Shown piece by piece: positions 27,525-36,500 of a stretch of DNA of 64,000 nt; positions within the stretch are counted from its first letter, which is position 1; the number at the start of each line of letters is the position of its first letter. A program made the translations under genes and the position numbers. The DNA comes from Verrucomicrobiales bacterium (GTDB lineage Bacteria > Verrucomicrobiota > Verrucomicrobiia > Verrucomicrobiales > DEV007): assembly GCA_041749135.1 (NCBI GenBank), contig JBGTBW010000146.1, positions 9,573 through 73,572 of the forward strand, read 5' to 3'. The notes below the pieces were generated by a model that made no database searches, was not told where the DNA came from, and was given only the letters and a program-made list of their open reading frames with translations.

Positions 27525-27950
27525 ATGCTGGAGAATGGCAGGCCCGCCAGGCCCCCCGTGTTCATAAAGAACGAAAGGCTGGTGATCGATCCCGCTTACG
27601 AGAAGTATCTCGGCTTGATCCTTCTCGACCCGTCCGAGCCGCCGATGGTCTGGGAAGTGGGACGAAGCGACCGCCTCTACCGGAACGAGGGCCCCGGGCC
27701 GGACGGACTCCCCCGGTTCACCGACGTCAGTCAGGCAGCCGGAATTGAAGATCGCGATCATGCGCTTTCATGCCTCTGGACCGATCCGAACGAAGATGGC
27801 TACCCAGACCTCTTTGTCGCAAACGACTATATTGAGGCGGATCGTTTTTACGCCAACAACCATGACGGCACATTCCGGGAAGTCAGCCGGGCCGCGCTCG
27901 GGCACACGGCGTGGTTCTCGATGTGCTGCCGTTGGCCAGCTTTGTTCTGT
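27525..27950 (+). pseudogene. Isolated fragment of an ASPIC/UnbV (CRTAC1-like, FG-GAP/VCBS) repeat protein
   Basis: LYRNEGPGPDGLPRFTDVSQAAGI...DPNEDGYPDLFVANDY...FYANNHDGTFREVS are two canonical ASPIC/UnbV repeats. There is no N-terminal context or signal peptide, and the frame degenerates after ~140 aa. Confidence 0.4.
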
Positions 27951-28150
27951 TTAGACGAACATTGCTCCTTGGGGCAGTTTATTTGCCCCATAGGCCAAGA
28001 GCGGTTCCGATCTCCATTCCGCCAGCTTCTCTCTTAACATCCCATCCTCCTGGAACAACACCGCGCCGAAGCAGGCGATTCTGCTCGGTTGACATGCCGT
28101 CAAATCCCACCTATTCCCTGCTTGAGATCCTTGGCACAGGGATACAGACG

Positions 28151-29536
28151 ATGCAGATTCGAATGCCTTGGAAACGGGCTTGGAGTATGGCCTTGGCGCC
28201 GGCCGCTGTGGCCTGCCTGGCTGGGGAGGGACCGCCAGCGAGCAAGCACGACCTCACGCCCGATTCGTTTGCGAGGCTACACGCCCTGGTGCGGCCGCAA
28301 CCCACTGAGTGGCGGCATTTGCGCGTACATTGGATGACCGACATTGTCGCCGCGCGCAAGAAGGCCGCCGCCGAAGACAAGCCCCTGGTAATCTGCTACA
28401 CGGGCGGAGCTGGCTACAACGAACCGCTTGGGGTTTGCTGAAGCGCCGCCGCCAGCCACCTGTCAGGTGGCTCCGATCTCTATACCGATGAAGCGATTCG
28501 CCTGCTGAACGAGAAGTTTGTCGGCTTTGCTCCCGGCTGGTACATTAATGACGACGACCCAGTGTACCAAGCCGCATGGAAGCGTTTCTATCTTGCTCAG
28601 TCCCGTCCCGACGAAGGGGATGGCTGGATGAAAGGCACGCAATTGGTGCTGATGACTTCCAATGGCAAATTGCTTTCCGGCTCCCTGGAATACGGCGATC
28701 GCCAAGGTCTTCACCAGGCGCTGGAGGAAGTGCTCGCGTCTTACGGGAACCTTCCGGAGCGGGATCGCCGGCCGGCGAAGGTCGAAGGCGAAGTCAAACC
28801 ACAGCCGCCTCCGCCCGAAGGCGGTTTGGTGCTGACCATTTACGATCGCCCACTTGGACTTAGCCAGGAAGGCGCCTATCGCTTGCCGGAAGGGGACGAC
28901 TTCGGCGGATTGCGGACCGAGGCTCCATCCGGCCAACGAAGCTCGCTGTGGTTGAATGCTGAAGAATGCAGTGCACTCATCCCACGAGAACCGCAAGCCG
29001 GCCAGACCGTAGCGGTCTCCAGCAATCTCGCAAAGCGCATCTGGCTGTTCGGGCTCGTCCCGCAATCGCTCTGGGTGGTCGAAGGCGCCTGGTCGGCCGA
29101 TTCACTGCGCGAAGGTCAGATGCTGCTGACGGTCGAGGAAGCTTCGCCCGAACGGACGCGCCTTCGGATCCACGGCCACGCGCTGTTGGCAGGCATGAGC
29201 GAACACGAGGGCTTCCGCGATCTGGAAAAGCGCTATGACGCACGGCTCGAAGGCGTAATTGTTTACGATGCCAACAAGCAGAGAATCGTCCGCTGGGACA
29301 TGACCGCCCTGGGGGATTACGTGGGTGAGTGGTTTGCCAGCCATGTGCGCTGGCAAGCCGCCAGACCATCCGCTCCCTTGCGGTTGGCCTTCGCTTTTGA
29401 GTTGGACGAGACAGCCTACACGTTGCCGCCAGAGAGGCGTCGCCCCCGATCGTTCATACACGCCTATATCTTCCGTGAGAAGGAAGAGTATTTCTGGAAT
29501 CCCGAACAATGGGAGACAGATTCGAAGGAGAAATGA
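28151..29536 (+). CDS. Secreted protein with an N-terminal thioredoxin-like (DUF255/thioredoxin_7-like) domain interrupted by an in-frame TGA at 28439-28441. Candidate selenoprotein (Cys-Sec motif) or disrupted gene.
   Basis: Two track ORFs (27911-28441 and 28562-29536) are in the same frame and separated only by one TGA. Signal peptide MQIRMPWKRAWSMALAPAAVACLAG. ...KPLVICYTGG....GVC[TGA]SAAAS...LLNEKFVGFAPGWY... resembles the DUF255 KPIFLSIGYSTCHWCHVM...LLNENFV region, with the TGA at the redox-motif position. Confidence 0.5.
28454..28472 (+). promoter_or_regulatory. Perfect 19-nt palindrome (9-bp stem) 12 nt downstream of the in-frame UGA. Candidate bacterial SECIS-like hairpin.
   Basis: agccacctg-t-caggtggct is read directly from the sequence. 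Its position relative to the UGA matches the spacing of bacterial SECIS elements. Confidence 0.3.
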
Positions 29537-29648
29537 CGTTCAACGGCGGTGTTTCCGGATCGATGGGCCAGACCCTCCGCCATGGTATCTCCGGGCGCCT
29601 TTCGGCCCCGTAACCCTTTAGCCTAAATTGGTCATATAGAGTCACTAC

Positions 29649-31100
29649 TCATTGATAATGAACAGTCCAATTTCCGCCCGTATCCCGCTGCACCCGCTGA
29701 TCTGCTCCAACACGCTCACCACGGCGGCACGTGAGGCGGCCAAACCCCTCCAGGACCTGCTCGAGGACCGGCAACGCCCGGCCTACTTGGCGTGCCCGAA
29801 TGAGAAAATTCCAGAGCCCTTCGAACTTCTTCCAACCTGCCGCATACGCCGCATGCCGCAGCGCCGGCAATGCCTCCCCGTGGTTTAGGGCGCCGCGGAG
29901 AATGGAACCCCAAGTGTAAAACTCGCGATAGGCCCTCAGATAGCCCTCTTCGAGATCCTCGGGACGAAGCTGCGCCGGACGGAACACGCAGTGGCGCGTG
30001 TCGTACAAGTCCCAGTCGCGGTGCAGCATCCGTCCGGCCGCCTCCATCCGTTCGTGCAGCGCCGTCGACGGATAGGGCGTGAGAATATGAAAGGTTGCCG
30101 TCTCAATCGATTGAGAAACCGCCCAGTTCACCGTACGGTCGAACACCTCGGGACCGTCGCTGTCCATCCCAAACACAAAGCTTCCATTCACCATCACTCC
30201 GAGCCCGTGCAACCGGCGAATGGCCTCGCCGTAGTCCCGGTGCAGGTTCTGCCGCTTTCCTTGCTCAACCAGATTGTCTTCGTCGAGAGTCTCGAACCCG
30301 ACGAATAGACTCCGCAAACCGCAGTCCACCGCCTTCTCCAACAGACCCGGGCGCAGGACGGAGGAAACAGTTCCGGCGGCCTGCCAAAGCCGCCCCATCC
30401 CCTTCATACCGTCGAAGAGCATCGATGCGAACCGCACGTTTCCAAGGAGATGATCGTCGAGGAAATACAAGTGTCGGCCGGGCAACCGTTCGATCTCGGC
30501 CAGGGCATCGTCGACCGATTGCAGGTAGAATCCCGTGCCGCCGCGAAAGAAGGCCTCCTTGTAACAGAAGTCGCAACTGTGCGGGCAGCCGCGCGACACG
30601 ACAATTGAGTTGGGAACCAGATAGAGATGGCGGCGGATCAGGTCGCGGCGCACCGGGGGAAGGCCGGCCAAGGAACGTTGCGACGGCGCGCAGTAGACCG
30701 GAGCCTGCCTGCCGCGACGAAAGTCGGCAAGGAACCGCGGCCAGGTGTCGTCCCCCGGACCGAGGAACACCGTGTCCGCATGCTGAGCGGCTTCCTCCGG
30801 CAAAGAGGTGACATGAAGCCCTCCCAGGCACACGTAGGCCCCGCGTGCCCGGTAGTGATCGGCGATCTCGTAGGCGCGCCGGGCAGAGGTGATATAGACC
30901 TGGATGACTACCAGGTCAGGCTCGTCGTCGAGACGGAGTCGCTCGACGTGTTCATCTTGGAGATCGACAACGTCCAGGTCCGGGTCGAGCCAGGACGCGA
31001 GACTCGCGAGCCCGAGTGGCGGGAACAACGAGTACTTGATGGGTCGAAAGAGCGGGCTCACCGCTTCGGTGAGCGCGGGCAAGATCATTTTGACGCGCAT
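29649..31100 (-). CDS. B12-binding domain radical SAM protein (class B radical SAM family)
   Basis: N-terminal cobalamin-binding-like region (DLVVIQVYITSARRAYEIA). Radical SAM cluster motif CPHSCDFC (CxxxCxxC). Confidence 0.75.
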   Translation of the reverse strand: MRVKMILPALTEAVSPLFRPIKYSLFPPLGLASLASWLDPDLDVVDLQDEHVERLRLDDEPDLVVIQVYITSARRAYEIADHYRARGAYVCLGGLHVTSLPEEAAQHADTVFLGPGDDTWPRFLADFRRGRQAPVYCAPSQRSLAGLPPVRRDLIRRHLYLVPNSIVVSRGCPHSCDFCYKEAFFRGGTGFYLQSVDDALAEIERLPGRHLYFLDDHLLGNVRFASMLFDGMKGMGRLWQAAGTVSSVLRPGLLEKAVDCGLRSLFVGFETLDEDNLVEQGKRQNLHRDYGEAIRRLHGLGVMVNGSFVFGMDSDGPEVFDRTVNWAVSQSIETATFHILTPYPSTALHERMEAAGRMLHRDWDLYDTRHCVFRPAQLRPEDLEEGYLRAYREFYTWGSILRGALNHGEALPALRHAAYAAGWKKFEGLWNFLIRARQVGRALPVLEQVLEGFGRLTCRRGERVGADQRVQRDTGGNWTVHYQ

Positions 31101-31402
31101 GAATCGAAAACCACTGAGTCGACACGGAGCGAGGGCCCGTTACTTTGTGTGACAAAGTCCAGGCGCTTCTGTTCATTTCATTCCCACTTTTCTCTCCCTC
31201 CATCTCCCCCCCCCACGGAGAAAGTACGGGGCGCCACCGTGCAAATCATGCCAAAAACGGATCGCCGCTATCGCAGCTTCCCCTCCGATGGGCTGCACTA
31301 TAAAACCCTGCCGGGATTCCACTGGCCGCTTCCCTCCATTTCTGTTAACCCAATCCGCAGTCCGTAAAACCGGACCGAACGAGAATCTCATCCTGGACAA
31401 CC

Positions 31403-33574
31403 ATGAAATACGTGCTGCTCGCCATTGCCGTTGTCGCCATCGGTTTCTTCACGCTCTTCTTCGTCTTTTGCATCCGAAAGATCCAGCCTGGGCGCGCCGG
31501 CATCAAAACCGGTTGGGGGGGCCTCAAGGTCGCTTTCGATTGGATGGTGCGCATCCCGCTCGTCCAGACCTACCACATCATGGATATCTCCGTGAAGAAG
31601 CTGGAGATCGCGCGCAAAGGCAAGGACGGCCTCGTCTGCAAAGACAACATTCGCGCCGACATCACGGTGGCCTTCTACATCCGCGTCGACGCCACCGAAG
31701 AAAGTGTCCGCAAAGTGGCGCAGATGCTCACGCCCGAACGCGTGTCCGATGTGGAGCAGTTGCGCGAACTGTTTGAAGCCAAATTCTCCGAAGCGCTCAA
31801 GACAGCGGGCAAACAGATGGAGTTCCACGAACTTTTCACCGAGCGGATCAAGTTCCGCGACCAGATTCAGGGAACCATCGGCAAGGACCTCGATGGTTTC
31901 CTGTTGCAGGACGTGGCGATCGATTACCTCGAACAGACGCCGCTCGATCAGCACGACCCCAGCAACGTGCTCGATTCCGAAGGCATCAAGAAGATTACGG
32001 AGATCACGCAGCGCGAGCGCGTAATGGCCAACGAATTCACCCAGCGCGCCCAGGTGCAAGTGGAGAAGGAAAACGCCGACGCTGACATCGCCAAACGCGA
32101 GCAGAAGCGGCGCAACGAGGAGGACACGGCCAAGCAGTCCCGCGCCATTATGGAAGTAAAAGCCAACGAAGAAGCCGAAGCCCGCAAGGTGATTGAAGCA
32201 CGGCGCCAGGAAGTGGAAGCGAAACGCTTGGAGACCGAAGAATCGATTCGCCTGCGCACTGAGGACATGAATCGCGCGGTGCAGGAGCGCGAATTCACCG
32301 TCACGAAGGAGAAGCAGCGCCTCGAACAGGAAGCAGTGCAGGAGGGCGACGAGGCGCGCGTGCGACGTGAACGCACCGTAGCGCTCGCTGAAATGGACAA
32401 GGAAACCAAGGTCGCGGAAGTCGCCGTCGAGGTCCAGCGCAAACGCGCCACCGTTGTGGCGGAAGAGAAGGCGGTCGTCCAGCAGCAGGAGGAAAAGAAC
32501 AACATCGAGGCCCGCATGACCGCTGAACGCGTGCGCGAGGTCACGCTCATCGAGGCAGAGATGAATGCGAAGCGGGACCAGGTCCAGAAGGTGGTTGCTT
32601 CGGAGGCGCATAAGGAAGCCGAGCGCAATCTGGCGGAAGCGGAGAAGATCAAGATCATCACCGCAGCCGAGGCTTCGCGGGAGGCTGCATCACGCGAGGC
32701 CGAACAACTGCAAACCCTCGCCGACGCCGAAGCCAAGGCTTCGGAGAAAAAGCGTCATGCCGCGGAACAGGAAGCGGAAGGTCTGGCCGCCACCGAAGCG
32801 GCTATGGGTCTCGCCGAAGCCAAAGTAATCACCGCCAAAGCCACCGCTAAAAAGGCCGACGCCGGCGCGATCAGGGAGCTGGGACTCGCCGAAGCCGCGG
32901 TGGCCAAGGCCAAGGGAGACGTTCATGCGGAAGTCACTCAAATGCAGGCCGAGGCCGAGGCGGAAGGAACCAAGGACCGTGAACTCGCCGCCGCCGCGGG
33001 GATCGAGGCCCGCGGTTTGGCCGAAGCCAAAGCCATCGAGCAAAAGGCCGAAGCGATGAAACTCCTGCATGAAGCCGGCAAGGAGCACGAGGAGTTCAAG
33101 CTCAGACTGTCGAAGGATCGAGACGTCGAACTCGCCGCCATTCACGTGCAGAAAGACATCGCTCAGGCGAACTCCACCATCGTGGGCGAAGCCCTCAAGC
33201 ACGCGAATATCGATATCGTTGGGGGAGAGAATGACTTCTTTGAGAAAGTGGTGCGCGCCGTGAGCACGGGCAAGGCCGTGGATCGCATGGTTGGCAACAG
33301 TGAGACGCTGGCCGACATCAAGAACACGTTTCTTCATGGCGACCCGGAGCCGCTCAAGGTCCAGATGCGGAAGTGGATCAAAGACTTCGGCATCAAGTCC
33401 GAGGACGTGAAGAACCTGACCATTGCGGCTCTCCTCGGAAAGCTGCTGGCGAGCACGAGCGATGCCTCGGTTCAGAAACTGATGAACTCGGCGCTGACGA
33501 TGGTTTGCGAGCGCGGGATGGCGGAGAAGCCGGCGTCCGCCCTGATTTCACCATCGGCCTCGGAGGGTAGCTGA
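31403..33574 (+). CDS. Flotillin-like SPFH/band-7 protein with an N-terminal membrane anchor and a very long (~450 aa) Glu/Ala/Lys-rich coiled coil
   Basis: TM segment MKYVLLAIAVVAIGFFTLFFVFCI. SPFH core GGLKVAFDWMVRIPLVQTYHIMDISVKKLEI (compare flotillin GGxAFVxPxxQKVxRLDLRTMTL). Then an extended EA-rich heptad region (AEQEAEGLAATEAAMGLAEAKV...). Confidence 0.75.
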   Translation: MKYVLLAIAVVAIGFFTLFFVFCIRKIQPGRAGIKTGWGGLKVAFDWMVRIPLVQTYHIMDISVKKLEIARKGKDGLVCKDNIRADITVAFYIRVDATEESVRKVAQMLTPERVSDVEQLRELFEAKFSEALKTAGKQMEFHELFTERIKFRDQIQGTIGKDLDGFLLQDVAIDYLEQTPLDQHDPSNVLDSEGIKKITEITQRERVMANEFTQRAQVQVEKENADADIAKREQKRRNEEDTAKQSRAIMEVKANEEAEARKVIEARRQEVEAKRLETEESIRLRTEDMNRAVQEREFTVTKEKQRLEQEAVQEGDEARVRRERTVALAEMDKETKVAEVAVEVQRKRATVVAEEKAVVQQQEEKNNIEARMTAERVREVTLIEAEMNAKRDQVQKVVASEAHKEAERNLAEAEKIKIITAAEASREAASREAEQLQTLADAEAKASEKKRHAAEQEAEGLAATEAAMGLAEAKVITAKATAKKADAGAIRELGLAEAAVAKAKGDVHAEVTQMQAEAEAEGTKDRELAAAAGIEARGLAEAKAIEQKAEAMKLLHEAGKEHEEFKLRLSKDRDVELAAIHVQKDIAQANSTIVGEALKHANIDIVGGENDFFEKVVRAVSTGKAVDRMVGNSETLADIKNTFLHGDPEPLKVQMRKWIKDFGIKSEDVKNLTIAALLGKLLASTSDASVQKLMNSALTMVCERGMAEKPASALISPSASEGS

Positions 33575-33593
33575 GAACTCCGCGCCGCAACGT

Positions 33594-36500
33594 ATGCCCG
33601 ATACGCCCCAGCCGAATCAACCGCCGCCCGCCTCGACCGGAGAAGTTGGCCAGCCGGTTGCGGCGTCAGTGACGTCCTCACTCGGCAGCGCCACTTACGA
33701 GATCATCCGCCAGCGATTGCACGCGCAGGGTGAACATCTGCGCGATCGCACGGCGCAATTGAACGCACGGCGGCAGGAGGTCTTTGGCGCGATTGACTTC
33801 AAGCTCCTTCAATCCGACCGCGTCATCACCGCGCACAACTGCATTCCGCAAGACATCGTGCAACTGGGAAGCGGGCGCTTTCTCTTCGGCTTCAATGTGC
33901 AATTCGGGCTCAAGAAAGAAATCGATCTCGGCGATGTCTTTGCCATTTACAATCGGGATGAGGCGGCGGGCACGTTCAAGGAAGGCAGCTTGGAAGTGCT
34001 GGAGCAGAAGGACTTCATCACGGACTTTAAGCGGCTCTACAACGTCTATGAGCGCGCGTATTTCTCCAAATTCTCGCTCTTGGAAGGCAATCTCTACATG
34101 CTCTTCCAGGTCGGCGCCGCAGTGACCGACATCGCGGTTTTCAAGTTTGCATTCCACGGCGGGCACCTGCGCTATCTCGATGGCCGCGCCGAGTCTGAGT
34201 TCCGCAAATTGGGTTTCCCGCCGCAGTATGAGTTCCGCTGGCTGACGCCGGATCGCGAGTCCTTTCGCTACGGCGATCATCCGCACATCTCCATCGAGGA
34301 CCGCCTCTTCGTCGAGTGCGTCGGCGGCGACCTGACGATCAAAGTCGAGGACAACACGATGACGGGTGAAGGCGTTTTTGCCGAGCCCGTCGAGGACAAA
34401 TTCCAAAAGGTGGACGACGCGGAAATCCGATACGCGCTGATCGGCCATCTGATCCTGCTGCGCATCCGCCCCTACAAGGAACAAGCCGCGCGCTATTTCA
34501 TCTTCAACGAGAGAACCCAGACGGCGGTGCGCGTCGATTCGATCGGTCAATCCTGCGCCCTGCTGCCGGAGGATCATGGGCTGGTCTTTCCCGACGGTTA
34601 TTATCTCTCGACGGGAGATCTGAAGCAGTTCGAAAGCAAAGAACGCGACATGATTCTCGAGCGCGTCATCCATGCTCCCACTGGCGAAGATACCCTCTAT
34701 GTGTTCTACAATCGCGCCACCGGACACTATGTGCTGATGCCTTACCGGCTCATTGCTCAAAAGATCGAGGAACGGATCACGTGCAACGGCTTCTCCTTGT
34801 TCGCGAACGGTCTACTCATCGTCTTGCGCGCCGACGACCAACCGCAGAAACATCACATGTTGCAACTGCGGCAGACCCCGTTTCATCAGCCAGGCCACGA
34901 ACCGCCCGGCCAGCGGGACGCGTTTCTTTATCAGGTGGGCAACAAGGACGTCGTGCGCTGCCTCGCCGAGTGCAACGAAGTATTGACGCTCGTGGGCAAG
35001 GCAGATCCTTACCCCGAGCTTTACGCGGATTTAGTGAAACGCGCCGGTTCCATTCTGGACAACTACTCGTGGTTGAACACTCCCGAGTGTTTTCAGATCG
35101 ACGCGGCGCTCCGCCATCTGCGGGAGGTCGCAGACAAAGCGGTCGACGAGTTCGACAAGGTGCGCCGCTTGCAGCACGAAGCCGTAGAACGCGTCGCCGA
35201 TATGCGGCAGCGCGCGGAGGAACGCTTCGGCATTCTGCGCCGAGCGAGTTTCAAGACGCTGAATGATTTCGTGCAGAATCTCGCGGCCCTGCGCCAGTTC
35301 CGAGGTGAATTGATCTCGCTCAAGGAGGTTCGCTACGTGAACCTCGCCCAAATCGAGGAATCGGAAAGCACCGTGACGCAACAGACGGAGGAACTTTCCA
35401 AAGCCTGCGTGCAGTTTCTGCTTCAGCCAGCGGCGCTGGAGCCTTATCGCAAGCAGGCCGGCGAAAATCTAGCGGCGGTCGATACAGTTACAAAGGCCGC
35501 AGATGGGAAGAAGATCGAGAAGGCGGTTTCTGACGCGGGTGCGGAACTGGAGATGCTGATCGAAATCGTGAACAGCCTTCAGATCGAGGACGCGACCGAG
35601 ACGACCCGCATCATCGACGGCGTCACCGCGATTTACTCGACGCTCAACCAAGTCAAGGCGGCGCTGAGAAAGAAGTTGCAGAGCCTCGCTGCCTCGGAGG
35701 GCGCGGCCCAGTTCAGCGCGCAGATGAAGCTGTTGAGCCAATCGACGGCGAGCTACCTCGATCTCTGCGACTCGCCGGCGAAGTGCGACGCGTATCTCAA
35801 CCGGCTCACGGTGCAGATCGAAGAACTGGAAGGGGCCTTTGCGGATTTCGAGGAATACACAGTTCAACTCGCCGAGAAGCGCACCTCGGTTTATGAGACG
35901 TTCGAGCAGCGCAAGATGGCGCTCCTTGAGCAGCGCAATCGGAAGTCGTCCGCGTTGATGACGGCGGCGGAGCGCATCCTCAAGGTCATCCAGAGCCGGC
36001 TCGCCGGTTCCAAATCCGTCGAAGAAATCAACACTTACTTGGCGTCGGATCTGATGATCGCCAAGGTGCGCGAGATCATTGAGCAATTGATGGCGCTGGA
36101 AGATTCGGTCAAGGCGGACGACTTGCAGGGCCGGCTCAAGAGCTTGCAGCAGGAATCCCTGCGGCAATTGAAGGATCGACTGGAGTTGTTTGTGGATGGC
36201 CAGCAGGTCATTCAACTCGGGAAGCATCAGTTCAACATCAACACCCAGCCGCTGGACCTCACCGTGGTGATTCGCGACGGCGTCCAGCATCTGCATCTGA
36301 CCAGCACCAAGTTTTTCGAGCCGATTCAGGACGAGGCGTTTCTCGCCACGCGCGACGTATGGGACCAGGAAATTGTCTCCGAGAACGCGGAAGTTTATCG
36401 CGGTGAATACCTCGCCTACCGGGTCTTGCAACTGCTGGAAGCTGGCGCGGGCGCCACGCCAGCCCCGCTCGGCAAGCTGCCCAGCGCCACGGGCGGAAGC

